Source: a virus
Lineage: Duplodnaviria; Caudoviricetes
Strand: one strand, 5' to 3'
Virus record (IMG/VR): IMGVR_UViG_3300002182_000011
Location: 1 to 39,877 of that record
DNA: 39,877 nt
Shown here: piece after piece, positions 8,459 through 17,439 of the stretch
Layout: every line of letters begins with the position of its first letter
How positions within the stretch are numbered: position 1 is the first letter of the stretch
Notes under the pieces: model-generated
Told to the model about the DNA's origin: nothing
What the model saw: only the letters and a program-made list of their open reading frames with translations
The model's database searches: none
Made by a program: the position numbers and the translations under genes

Positions 8459-8716
8459 TTATGATTGTGTTCCTACTACTGTTCCATCACTATCTTGGTC
8501 TGTAGGAATAGCATTGTAAATTCTTAATTTTCCATTAGAATCAACCCATAAGTAATAGCTCGTAATCGTTCCTGCATCATTAACAGCATCTAATCTCAGA
8601 AGACCAGGTTTGTTTGCTTCTGCTTCTGCACAAGCCGCTATCCCACCCTGTTTTACATTCATATCATTTTGATGTGCAGCAGTAGAATTATCTCTACCAA
8701 AATGGGTAATAGCCAT
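8459..8716 (-). CDS. Small virion/head-associated protein
   Basis: Probable start MAITHFG after SD AAGGAGGT; directly follows the capsid locus. Confidence 0.6.
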   Translation of the reverse strand: MAITHFGRDNSTAAHQNDMNVKQGGIAACAEAEANKPGLLRLDAVNDAGTITSYYLWVDSNGKLRIYNAIPTDQDSDGTVVGTQS

Positions 8717-8797
8717 AGATACCTCCTTTCTTAGGGAGGGGGCGTTCCCTCCCTGGGATTTCTTTTTCAATACCTAAGTAGAAATCCCAAAAAGAAC

Positions 8798-9310
8798 TTA
8801 GACTTCTGGGACACGCCCCTCATTCCCAATTTTATTACCACGAGTATTTAAGGAAAGTATTTGTTGCCTTATTTGTAGCATTCTATTAAATTCATTCTCA
8901 TTACTCGCAAAACAGAATCTTCTGTTAATACCCCTTTTTAGGTATTTCAGAAGTTCTAAAATTAATTCTGCTTGCGGTTTCTTGATGAAAAGATAAGGCA
9001 ATACTTGAGGTAACAGATGACGAACTTGGTTAGGAGAAAAACTTAAACGATATACTTGCTTACGATTTTTTCTTTTCTCTTTTGTATAGCAAATATATCC
9101 ATTTTGTAGTTTTTCTCTTAACCAAAGCAAAAATTCAAGATTGGAATTAGAAATTTGCATACACGCCTGGAGTTTAAATCCACAGCGTGTATGCGCTTTC
9201 ATTTTCTTAACTCCAATCCAGCCTTCGCCATCAATTATCCCAGCAAGATAACTTGCCTCTCTTTCATCAAGAATTTTCTGAGAATGAATATTGCTACAAA
9301 GAATAGGCAA
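8798..9310 (-). CDS. Free-standing LAGLIDADG homing endonuclease
   Basis: YLAGIIDGEG motif, LPYLFIKKPQAELI; SD TAAGGAGG overlaps the MCP stop, with TTG at 9310; lies outside intron 3. Confidence 0.85.
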   Translation of the reverse strand: MPILCSNIHSQKILDEREASYLAGIIDGEGWIGVKKMKAHTRCGFKLQACMQISNSNLEFLLWLREKLQNGYICYTKEKRKNRKQVYRLSFSPNQVRHLLPQVLPYLFIKKPQAELILELLKYLKRGINRRFCFASNENEFNRMLQIRQQILSLNTRGNKIGNEGRVPEV

Positions 9311-9320
9311 CTTAACCTCC

Positions 9321-11318
9321 TTAGGCTCCTGGAGAACCAAATCAATCTGTTGCTTTATGACTTGCTAATTAGTTAGCAAGCGGATAGGTATTTCTACCTA
9401 TCTCTGCAGGTCGCCCTGCAGTTCGGACTATATCTTCACGGATTAACCGTGTCCCGTGTATAGTCTCTACACCTTCCAGATTAACTCTGGCTTGGCTCGG
9501 TGTTGTCTCAGAGAGACTTTCACCGAATTTACGGGATATGGGCATTTCTACCCCTCTCCAATCTGCCCAACCAACAGAGAATCTGGTTATCACAGAATAC
9601 AGATAATCTTTGGTGTTGAAATCTCTATCTGAGTCAGTTTCAAGCTCAATTCTGTTGTAGAAAATCAAATTATGATAATCTTTTTCAGTAAGTAAGAACC
9701 AAGCATCCGGGTCATCAAGTCTGTTCCAAACGATTATCTGTAAATTCTGTGTAGCTAACCAGTTATCTGCTCTGTTAGCTGTATCAGGTCTTCCAGCACT
9801 GCGGATTAACTCCCAGGCTGTCCTTTCAAGTTGTGGAGGAACAAGCAAGTAGCGAGGATTAATATCTAAGAGCTCACCTTTATCTCCAGGAGTAAGTCTC
9901 ATTGTATAGAGTGCTTCTTCAAGAGAAGAAACACTCAAATCTGCAGGTGTGGTAAGCTCATTTTGATACGTGCCTCCACCTGCTACCTACCACACTAAGT
10001 TTCCTTAGCCAGCTTTCGCTGTTGTGGTCTGGACTATATCATCCCTTTCGGGCAGGGTCTATAGTCTCTACACCTTCCTTATCTTGCGATAAGGCTTGGC
10101 TCGGGGTTACCATGGCATTACGCTTTAGGCTTTCCCCGAATTTACCCTGTTTTTCAAAAGAGCCTTTCTTATTGAGAGCTTTTATAGCTAAATACAAAGT
10201 TCTTTTTTGCTCAAGTTGTCGCTCATTTTTAACCCAGAGATGATTATTTAGTCCTCTTAGTTGATTTTTAGCATCTTTTTTAGTTATATCTAAAAATTTT
10301 TGGAGTATTTTAGCTTGCTCTCTCTTTACAATTAACAAAGAAGAAATTTGAGGTAATAATTGACGGCATTTTTCATAAGTTATTTCTAAGCGAATTTGTG
10401 GTTTCCAATCTTCTCTTTTTGAAGAAGTTTTATAGATATTTCCGCCAATTAATCCTTGGATATATCGTAAAACTTCCTCATTAGTATTAGTTATGCAAAT
10501 TCTGGGAACATATCCTTTTTTACCAAGTTTAATGGATAAGTTTCCTTCGCCGTCAATCATACCCGCAATATATCCTTTTTCTTCTTTTGTTAATTGCATA
10601 GAAAAGCTCCTTTGCCGCTAACTTTTGTTAACGGATGGTCTGTATCAAAAAGATACTGGCCATCTCCTCCACTCATGAAAGGTGTACCTGTGGAAGAAAA
10701 TCCATTGTTAAATATCTCAGCAGCCATTGTATCTTTGAATCGCACTACTGCATCCGCAAGTGCAGCAGGAAGTCTGGAAATGACATTGTATAAATCATCT
10801 TGAGTCATTTCCATAGTTATCCTTGCACCCAAACCATAAGTAAGGTGGGTGAAGGTTGTATCATATCCCTGCACTGGGTCTTCATAGCTTATAGGAGTTC
10901 CTTCTTCTTTAAGAACTAAGCTTCCAAAACCAGAAAACCCAGTAATTTTTTCATACTTACGGTCAGAAGTGCGAATATCAAAGATTTTGGCATATACAGG
11001 CTGGATTTCCCGATACTTTTGAAAGAGCACTTCCGTTGTGTTAACTGCATATTTCTATGCAGACCAGACTATATCATCCCTTTCGGGGAGCGCGCATAGT
11101 CGTTACACCTTCCGAGAAAATTTTCTCGGCTTGGCTCGGTGTCACCATGAGTAAGTTCAACACTTACTTTTAGGCTTCCACCGAATTCACGCTCTTTTCC
11201 TAAGTGACAGTGATTAATGACATCTTTTTGCGGACATTTCACTATCACTTAGGGGACTGATTGCTCAATCCAACCCTACGTGTAATAGGTCATCAGCATT
11301 AGCTCTTAGCAAAGGCAT
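9321..11318 (-). CDS. Major capsid protein, 4 exons: join(11268..11318, 10631..11033, 9550..9985, 9321..9342), 303 aa after splicing
   Basis: Joined exons are in frame and restore ...LLHVGLD/EVLFQKY..., ...DHPL/AGGGTYQNELTTPADL... and ...WADWRGV/FGSPGA*; YLLVPPQLE and DPDAWFL capsid motifs; SD AGGAGG upstream of 11318. Confidence 0.9.
9343..9549 (-). mobile_element. Group I intron 3 in MCP (207 nt, no ORF)
   Basis: P1 GGGU/A-GAAA-U-GCCC with U.G at the splice site; core AATTCGGTGAAA, ACACCGAGCCAAG, GTAGAGACTATA, AAGATATAGTCC; terminal G at 9343. Confidence 0.9.
9986..10630 (-). mobile_element. Group I intron 2 in MCP (645 nt) encoding a LAGLIDADG endonuclease
   Basis: P1 CCGU/UAAC-AAAA-GUUA-GCGG; P10 GUUA pairs with exon UAGC; R element GTAGAGACTATA and S element GATATAGTCC; terminal G at 9986. 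Confidence 0.92.
10039..10599 (-). CDS. Intron-encoded LAGLIDADG homing endonuclease
   Basis: YIAGMIDGEG motif; own SD AAAGGAG; C-terminus reads through the ribozyme core. Confidence 0.9.
   Translation of the reverse strand: MQLTKEEKGYIAGMIDGEGNLSIKLGKKGYVPRICITNTNEEVLRYIQGLIGGNIYKTSSKREDWKPQIRLEITYEKCRQLLPQISSLLIVKREQAKILQKFLDITKKDAKNQLRGLNNHLWVKNERQLEQKRTLYLAIKALNKKGSFEKQGKFGESLKRNAMVTPSQALSQDKEGVETIDPARKG
11034..11267 (-). mobile_element. Group I intron 1 in MCP (234 nt, no ORF)
   Basis: P1 GGAU/UGA-GCAA-UCA-GUCC; long P2 hairpin; AATTCGGTGGAAG, ACCGAGCCAAG, GTAACGACTATG, GATATAGTCT; terminal G at 11034. Confidence 0.92.
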
Positions 11319-11433
11319 CGGTAATCCCTCCTTTCTTTTTTAAAATTTTAGGTTATTACTTTTAGCCATTTGCTAATATTTTTAATTCGTGGAAGGGGCG
11401 AGCTTCCATTACGCCAAATTTTTATTTAATTCA

Positions 11434-11494
11434 GTGCAACCCCTTGCACTATAAACTAAACTTTCACGTGAAAATTCAGTGCAAGGAGTTGCAC
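11434..11494. promoter_or_regulatory. Composite site: two GTGCAA-N4-TTGCAC palindromes flanking TTTCACGTGAAA, upstream of MCP
   Basis: Palindromes at 11434..11449, 11462..11473 and 11479..11494. Confidence 0.7.
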
Positions 11495-11505
11495 CAAGCT
11501 TATTT

Positions 11506-11976
11506 TTATGATGTTCCTCCGCTCAATTGAGCATAGTCATCAAGAACTTCTACAATTACTCTTCCGTTTGTATCTCCAACATTATCTTCAGGAGCAAGGT
11601 CAACTACTCTTAATCTCTTATTGGTTGTATCTCCTACATCACAGTAGCAAATATTGTTTGCTACATATAGACCATAGGATTTACCAACTTGAGAATAAGA
11701 AGTAGTTGTAGCAGTCCCTGCATTTGTTACGTGAAGAGTAAATTGCTGTCCTTCTTTTGCTATTGTAATTGCAATAGCAGTATTCTCTGTTCCAGAAGCA
11801 TCTTGCATAGCCATCCCTGCTATTCCTGCGGGGTCAGAAGAACAAGCAGTTAATTTTCCATTATTATCCAAATAAACAAATTGTCCTTTCTTAAAGCTCT
11901 GACCTGCAGCTTCAGGAAAGTATGCAATCTGTCCTGGAAGAGTAGGATAACCAGCCTTCACAGCAACAGTTGCCAT
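11506..11976 (-). CDS. Capsid decoration/cement-like protein
   Basis: 156 aa, Ala/Gly/Thr-rich (EAAGQSFKKGQFV, IAGMAMQDA), immediately upstream of MCP. Confidence 0.65.
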   Translation of the reverse strand: MATVAVKAGYPTLPGQIAYFPEAAGQSFKKGQFVYLDNNGKLTACSSDPAGIAGMAMQDASGTENTAIAITIAKEGQQFTLHVTNAGTATTTSYSQVGKSYGLYVANNICYCDVGDTTNKRLRVVDLAPEDNVGDTNGRVIVEVLDDYAQLSGGTS

Positions 11977-11990
11977 CTTAATTCACCTCC

Positions 11991-12371
11991 TTATTCTTCT
12001 TTGATAGTTTCCGTCACAGAAGTTCCAGGAACTCTCATCCCTCTTTCCCTTCTTACCCCATGTCTCATCGCTTCCCTACGCTTTTTTCTTAATTCTTCTT
12101 TTATCTTTTGATGCTCACTATGATGAGAGGCAGGCTCTACCATTAGGATAAGGTCACCATACCGAGCAGAACCATCGGCTGATGGTTTAAGACCTGCTGC
12201 TCGGACTGTATCAGAATTGGCAACCTCATATCCTTTAGCTTCTGCCATGCTTATAGATTCAGGCGTATTCCTAACCCAGCGATAAACAAGCGTAGGATTC
12301 TTTTTGGGTATTTTTAAAGGGTCAGGATAAGACCTGGATAATTCTTTCTGTAACATAGTTATTTTCTCCAT
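11991..12371 (-). CDS. Conserved head-module protein
   Basis: YRWVR...GYEV...GDLILM motif found between scaffold and capsid genes in many podoviruses. Confidence 0.65.
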   Translation of the reverse strand: MEKITMLQKELSRSYPDPLKIPKKNPTLVYRWVRNTPESISMAEAKGYEVANSDTVRAAGLKPSADGSARYGDLILMVEPASHHSEHQKIKEELRKKRREAMRHGVRRERGMRVPGTSVTETIKEE

Positions 12372-12381
12372 TTTTCACCTC

Positions 12382-13122
12382 CTATAATCTCATTTTACCT
12401 GTCTGTGTAGGTTCTTTCTTTTGATATTCACCTTCTTGCTTTAGGTATCTCTCTAAACGTTTTTTATATTCTTCTTCAGAAATACCCAATTTTTTAGCTA
12501 AAATCTTAGCTTCTAAGGGTAATTCTGAAGGAGTTTCCGTAGCAATAGGTGTGCTTCCTTCTACAGGAGGCTTTTCTGGAGGTTTAAGACTTAATCCCAT
12601 TTCGTAAGCAACTCTTGAGCAAGCATCTAATATTCCATGTGGGTCATAATAATATTTGGGATTTGCATTCATAAATGCCTCAACTTTCTTAAAGAATGTT
12701 GAAGATGGATTGTTTAAATCGGGAAATAATCTTTTCGCTTCTTCAATCGCTTTCTCTCTTTCCCGATAAATAAAATATCTCTGCTCCCATTCTCTAATCA
12801 ACTCTTCTTTGGCTTTCGGATATACCTTCTGCCAATACTTTTCCAACTGCTCTTTTGTATATGGGTCAATATCAACTTCCTCAGTAGGTTGAGGAGTTGA
12901 AGTTAATCCTTGCAGTGTTGGTTGTAAAGGCATTTGCACTTGTTGTGTCATATTTTTTAGCATTTGCTCTCTTAAAATTTTTAATTCATTTTCCATTTCT
13001 TCTCTTTTTCTTTTTTCTTCTTCATATAAATTCTTTAATCTTTCCAGCTCTACATCTGGTTTTACTTCTGGAGCTTGAGCAATTTGCTCTTGTTTCAATT
13101 CTTCTTTAGGCTCTCCGTTCAT
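12382..13122 (-). CDS. Capsid scaffolding protein
   Basis: Acidic coiled coil with C-terminal AKKLGISEEEY helix; lies between portal and MCP. Confidence 0.7.
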   Translation of the reverse strand: MNGEPKEELKQEQIAQAPEVKPDVELERLKNLYEEEKRKREEMENELKILREQMLKNMTQQVQMPLQPTLQGLTSTPQPTEEVDIDPYTKEQLEKYWQKVYPKAKEELIREWEQRYFIYREREKAIEEAKRLFPDLNNPSSTFFKKVEAFMNANPKYYYDPHGILDACSRVAYEMGLSLKPPEKPPVEGSTPIATETPSELPLEAKILAKKLGISEEEYKKRLERYLKQEGEYQKKEPTQTGKMRL

Positions 13123-13361
13123 TCTTCACCTCCTATCTTTCTTATTCCATCATCCGCAAATTGTGTCGGATTTTCAAAAAGAAATAATATATGCTTTGCT
13201 ACATTGTAGCATCCTTTTAAATATTCAAATTCATCTTTAGTAGCAGCGTGAAGTTTTTTATCATAATAATCTACCAAAAGCTTTATCCTATTTTTAATAT
13301 ATTCCCATCCAGGGTCAGAAATAATTGGTTTAATCTGTGCTAATATATAATCGTTTATCAT
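13119..13361 (-). CDS. Small protein following the portal gene
   Basis: 80 aa, ATGA overlaps at both ends; PGWEYI...YLKG motif. Confidence 0.65.
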   Translation of the reverse strand: MINDYILAQIKPIISDPGWEYIKNRIKLLVDYYDKKLHAATKDEFEYLKGCYNVAKHILFLFENPTQFADDGIRKIGGEE

Positions 13362-15196
13362 AATTCCTCCTTTGCACCTCTCATTTCTACTTCAGGTGGT
13401 AAACCTGTCTGAGGAGGTCTCCTCAAAGCCTCTCGAGGAGTAGCTGGACCTCTCTTTTCCAATCTTTCTTCTCCTCCAAGCATTAAAGCCATAAGTTTAC
13501 GCATATTTGCTTCCGTTAATAAACCTACGTATTCCTCAGGAGGCAGAAATCTCTTAATGTTTCTTTTGCCAAAAGCATTAAATACTTCTTTTAATAATTC
13601 TAATTGCCCACTGTAATACTCTTGTAAAATAGGATGTTTACTCACTAAAGCATATAAAGCCAAAGTATCTTCTCTTTCTAAAGCTTTATTCCCTGTAGTC
13701 AAAGAACCTAAAACTACAAAATCAAAATCGTCTAATTGTTGCATCTCTAAAGGAGTGAGAGCTTCTTCAAAACGCACTGTTTCTCCTTCTACAATCCTTA
13801 AAGTTCTTCCGGAAATGGGATTATCTTTATAGAGCTGAAAGATAAATTTCAAATGTTTACTAAATACTTCCTGGAAACTTGCTATTCTATCTTCGTGTTT
13901 TAATGAACCTTCTGTAATTATTGTCCTAATTTCTGTAGCTGTTTTTCTGGTAGGGAATTCTTTTCCCATATGCGGAGCGGAAATACCTGACTGCCTTTCA
14001 ATAAAACTCATTAAAAGCATTACAATATCTGCACTCAAAGCCGCAGAAGGAGGAAATTGAGTAATTCTCACATCATTAGGGTCATCTACAGGTATCATTA
14101 CTCCTGGAGCAAGCTTAACTTCTTCAGGTCTAAAACTTGAACCTAAACGATAAAAACCAAAAGGTAAAATCTGAAGCATAGCACAATTTACTCCATAATT
14201 AAACACATCATTAATTGCTTTTCTATAAGGCTTAAGAATTTCAGGTATTCCTCGTCCATAGAAAGTTCCCGTATCTTTATATCTATAAACATGGAAAGGA
14301 CGCTTATTATTATAAAATATTTCTATAAGCAAATGAGCTTTAAGTAAAACGTTTGCTTTGGGACAATACCAAAAAATACATTCTTCATCAATCATATCAT
14401 CATCAATATCATGACGCATATAAACTTCTAATATCTCAATTTTTTCTTCAGGTAATTGTTTAATATTCTCAATCTTTTCTTCTGCAGTTTTTGCTTGCTG
14501 GTCTTTTTGTATCTGCACGAAGCTGATAATATCATCTACTCTGTCTTGAGGATAAAACCCAAGTTGAGCTTTTTTCTTTAAGTCGGAAACTGTGAGCCAA
14601 ATCCTATGCATAATCCAGGGAAGCTCATCTACTTCCTTGTAAAGTCCTTCAGGAACAATTACATCCTCTAAGGCTAAAACTTCAACTTTTACTCTTTGAT
14701 TTATACGCTCCACTTTCGTGGGCACAAAAGCTCCTTCAATAAGCTCTAAACGCATAACTTCTTCTATCTCTTTGGTCCAGTAAGTCTTTGTAATACAAGT
14801 CCCATATTCAACAGTCTTTTGACAAATATCATCCATTATTCTATCTATATCTACTTCGTTATCTAAAACATAGTTCATAAAATCTTGCACTTTATCTTTG
14901 TATGCTTCTCCTTTGGGAGTTGTAGGAATAACATTAAACATAGGCTTTGCCCCAATAGTGGAAAGCTTAAATCTTGCTTTCATATTATCTACAGTCATTT
15001 CAATAATTCCTAAATCTACATTAGAAGCATCTGGCCAGGGAAAAGAAGTAGGCGTATCTTTAGTAAGACATAATTCATGACACTCTTTCCATAGTTTAAG
15101 CTTATTCTGATAATAAGAAGAATTTATCGTCTTATAATACAGAGATGAAATCTTTGTTTTTATTTCCTCTTCTTGTTCTCTTGTTAATTCAATCAT
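13358..15196 (-). CDS. Portal protein
   Basis: 612 aa; FPWPDASNV, YGTCITK, FYGRGIPE and KTATEI motifs of P22-like portals; follows the terminase. Confidence 0.88.
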   Translation of the reverse strand: MIELTREQEEEIKTKISSLYYKTINSSYYQNKLKLWKECHELCLTKDTPTSFPWPDASNVDLGIIEMTVDNMKARFKLSTIGAKPMFNVIPTTPKGEAYKDKVQDFMNYVLDNEVDIDRIMDDICQKTVEYGTCITKTYWTKEIEEVMRLELIEGAFVPTKVERINQRVKVEVLALEDVIVPEGLYKEVDELPWIMHRIWLTVSDLKKKAQLGFYPQDRVDDIISFVQIQKDQQAKTAEEKIENIKQLPEEKIEILEVYMRHDIDDDMIDEECIFWYCPKANVLLKAHLLIEIFYNNKRPFHVYRYKDTGTFYGRGIPEILKPYRKAINDVFNYGVNCAMLQILPFGFYRLGSSFRPEEVKLAPGVMIPVDDPNDVRITQFPPSAALSADIVMLLMSFIERQSGISAPHMGKEFPTRKTATEIRTIITEGSLKHEDRIASFQEVFSKHLKFIFQLYKDNPISGRTLRIVEGETVRFEEALTPLEMQQLDDFDFVVLGSLTTGNKALEREDTLALYALVSKHPILQEYYSGQLELLKEVFNAFGKRNIKRFLPPEEYVGLLTEANMRKLMALMLGGEERLEKRGPATPREALRRPPQTGLPPEVEMRGAKEEL

Positions 15197-15198
15197 TT

Positions 15199-15363
15199 CT
15201 AAACAGGTATCTTAATTTGTTTAATTTTTGTTCCAGGAATTTTAAATGGTTTAAAGCCTTTAGAAATAGAAGGAAAACTTACCTTCTGTTTTCTTAACTT
15301 CGGAAATCTTACCTGTATCCCAGGCTCAAGTAAAGATTTTAAATTTGCTCTTAAGGTTGTCAT
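15199..15363 (-). CDS. Small basic protein (54 aa) between terminase and portal
   Basis: SD GGAGG, ATGA overlap with the terminase stop; MTTLRANLKSLLEPGIQVRFPKL... Confidence 0.65.
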   Translation of the reverse strand: MTTLRANLKSLLEPGIQVRFPKLRKQKVSFPSISKGFKPFKIPGTKIKQIKIPV

Positions 15364-16679
15364 CTATACCTCCAGTTTCCAATTCTTATGGGTTTAACTT
15401 CTTGACTTAATAAATCAAAATTGTAATGAGAAAATAAATTCACTGCTATATACCCTAACGCGTCAACATAATGGTCAAAAAAGTTATCCTTTTCTGGTTC
15501 ATCTGTATTTTCTTTATAATGATAACCTCCTGCTAATGCATCTATCAAACCTATACATCTTCTATCAATAAGGAGCTCTGGTCCTGTAGGATTTCCCTGC
15601 AATTTTCTCTGAATAATTTCAATACGAGAAACAATAGAAGAACGCCTTGTTCTGATTATAATTGGTTTTTCCCTTATTTTATATTGCATAAATATCTCTT
15701 TGGTAGTCCTTTCATTCTTATCAGATTTCTGGTCGCAAGCTGGGTCTCCATAGAAATAAATATCTGAAACATAAGGAAAATTCTTATTGATAAAATCTAC
15801 AACCATCTTTGCAAAATCATAAGCAGTTATATTTTCTGGACTCAATTCTTTTAATATAAGCCAACGCTTTTTCTCATCAATCTGCGTAAATAAAGCACAA
15901 GGCTTTCTGAATCCAAAATCTAATCCCACATATAAAGGCTCTTCTCTTAAATAAACTAAATCCCGCACATGGATATCTTCTCTAAAGTTTGTAAATACGG
16001 GTTGACCTTCAGAAGTAAATCCCCAGTTTCCTTTTAAATATTTGTTTACCCAAGAAGCAGGATAATTCTTCTCTAATGCTTCAATATATCCTTCAGGTAA
16101 ATTCTCTTTATTCTCATAAGTTGAAGCATGAAATTCCTCAAAATCCTCACTTTTATTTTCTACAAATAACTTGTAAAGCCAATGCGTCACATTTACAGGG
16201 TTAGAAGTTAATATTCCACAGAGCCTTTTTATTCCTGGCTTCCTTAAACGTCCTGCTAATGTCCAGAACATCTCTTCTGTTGTTTCGGAAGCCTCATCAA
16301 TGTAGAAGAAACCAATCTCTAAGCTCTTAAACTTATCTGGATTATCTAAGCTTCTAAATAAAATCTCAGAATTGTTATATAAAATAAGTCTGCGTGAATG
16401 TGCATTCCAATATCTAATCAATACGGAAGGACAAATCTGAAAAAATGTCCTCATCGTCGTATCTTCAAGCTCTTGATAAGTCTGCCGTGCAATAATCCCT
16501 AAGTTGTTAGGTTCCTCCAAACTTAAAAATAAACTCTCATAACATCCCGCTACTGTCTTACCTGCTCCTAAAGCTCCTCTGTAAAGTCTATATTTAGCAA
16601 GAGATTTGTGAAACCTTTCTTGCGTGGGTAAAGGATTATAATCAATATCAACCGTTAGAACTTGATTCTGATTGGACAT
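15360..16679 (-). CDS. terL: Terminase large subunit
   Basis: Walker A GALGAGKT, Walker B FYIDEASE, coupling motif LTSNP, nuclease motifs GLDFG and DHYVDALGY. Confidence 0.95.
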   Translation of the reverse strand: MSNQNQVLTVDIDYNPLPTQERFHKSLAKYRLYRGALGAGKTVAGCYESLFLSLEEPNNLGIIARQTYQELEDTTMRTFFQICPSVLIRYWNAHSRRLILYNNSEILFRSLDNPDKFKSLEIGFFYIDEASETTEEMFWTLAGRLRKPGIKRLCGILTSNPVNVTHWLYKLFVENKSEDFEEFHASTYENKENLPEGYIEALEKNYPASWVNKYLKGNWGFTSEGQPVFTNFREDIHVRDLVYLREEPLYVGLDFGFRKPCALFTQIDEKKRWLILKELSPENITAYDFAKMVVDFINKNFPYVSDIYFYGDPACDQKSDKNERTTKEIFMQYKIREKPIIIRTRRSSIVSRIEIIQRKLQGNPTGPELLIDRRCIGLIDALAGGYHYKENTDEPEKDNFFDHYVDALGYIAVNLFSHYNFDLLSQEVKPIRIGNWRYR

Positions 16680-17118
16680 CTTTTTGCTCTAAACTTTTTA
16701 ATTCCTCTTCTCCTGGTAAAAGCCCTTCCGCTTTCCCACTCTTATCAATTATCTTCCTAATCTTTTCCCCATAAACATAATTCACTTGTATCGTCGTAGG
16801 AACATTTATGTCCGTAAACTTCCCCTCTAACCTGTCTAATTGCTTCGCCGCCTCCATCGCCATGTCCCCCGAAACTTTCCCATCAAATTGCTCAATAAGC
16901 CTCCAATACCAATGCCTCCTGTCCCTCTTCTCCTCTAACTTCGCCGCCCGCGCATGCTTGATAATCGTCAGCTCATCTACATTATATTGCTTCTTTATAT
17001 AACTAAACGGCACACACCTTAAATATAACATCTCTATCTCTTCCCTCTTAGGATGATTACAAATTGAACACTTCCCTTTGTGACGATTGCTTATCGGAAA
17101 AACCTTCTTTTTCTTCAT
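16648..17118 (-). CDS. Terminase small subunit-like protein
   Basis: CSICNHPKREEIE plus an HTH-like region, directly upstream of and overlapping terL. Confidence 0.7.
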   Translation of the reverse strand: MKKKKVFPISNRHKGKCSICNHPKREEIEMLYLRCVPFSYIKKQYNVDELTIIKHARAAKLEEKRDRRHWYWRLIEQFDGKVSGDMAMEAAKQLDRLEGKFTDINVPTTIQVNYVYGEKIRKIIDKSGKAEGLLPGEEELKSLEQKDVQSESSSNG

Positions 17119-17259
17119 TTCTTAATCGGTAAACTATATTAAGCAATTGGCTGGCTTTCTGCAATTGGCAAGCTCTTTTAACTGTCAACTTCTATATATA
17201 CCACAAAACTTTTCTTTTGTCAAGAAAAATCTTTTTCTTTTAATTCCTACACTTTACCT

Positions 17260-17403
17260 TCAGTGCAAGTATTTGCACTTCACTATCAGCTCTTTCTTCT
17301 TCTTTTCCCTTTCTTCATAAAAAGGACAATATATCACCTTAACCCAACTGGCTTGCTTACATCTCCTTGAACATTCTAAACATAATGCATTAATGCCCTT
17401 CAT
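17260..17403 (-). CDS. Small Cys-rich protein, probably leaderless
   Basis: MKGINALCLECSRRCKQ...CPFY; ATG lies 7 nt after a TATAAT box. Confidence 0.55.
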   Translation of the reverse strand: MKGINALCLECSRRCKQASWVKVIYCPFYEEREKKKKELIVKCKYLH

Positions 17404-17410
17404 GCCTATT

Positions 17411-17439
17411 ATTATACTATATGCCTTCCTTTTTGTCAA
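17411..17439 (-). promoter_or_regulatory. Consensus sigma70 promoter heading the terminase/structural operon
   Basis: TTGACA-17 nt-TATAAT on the minus strand. Confidence 0.8.

Noticed and set aside
8798-9340. LAGLIDADG ORF as encoded within intron 3
   Set aside because: The MCP terminal exon (FGSPGA*) lies at 9321..9342, before the probable start at 9310, and no suitable exon was found downstream of the ORF.
9369-11030. Track ORFs 9369..9938 and 10590..11030 as two separate capsid genes
   Set aside because: They are exons 3 and 2 of one gene reading into intron sequence; the splice junctions restore a continuous protein.
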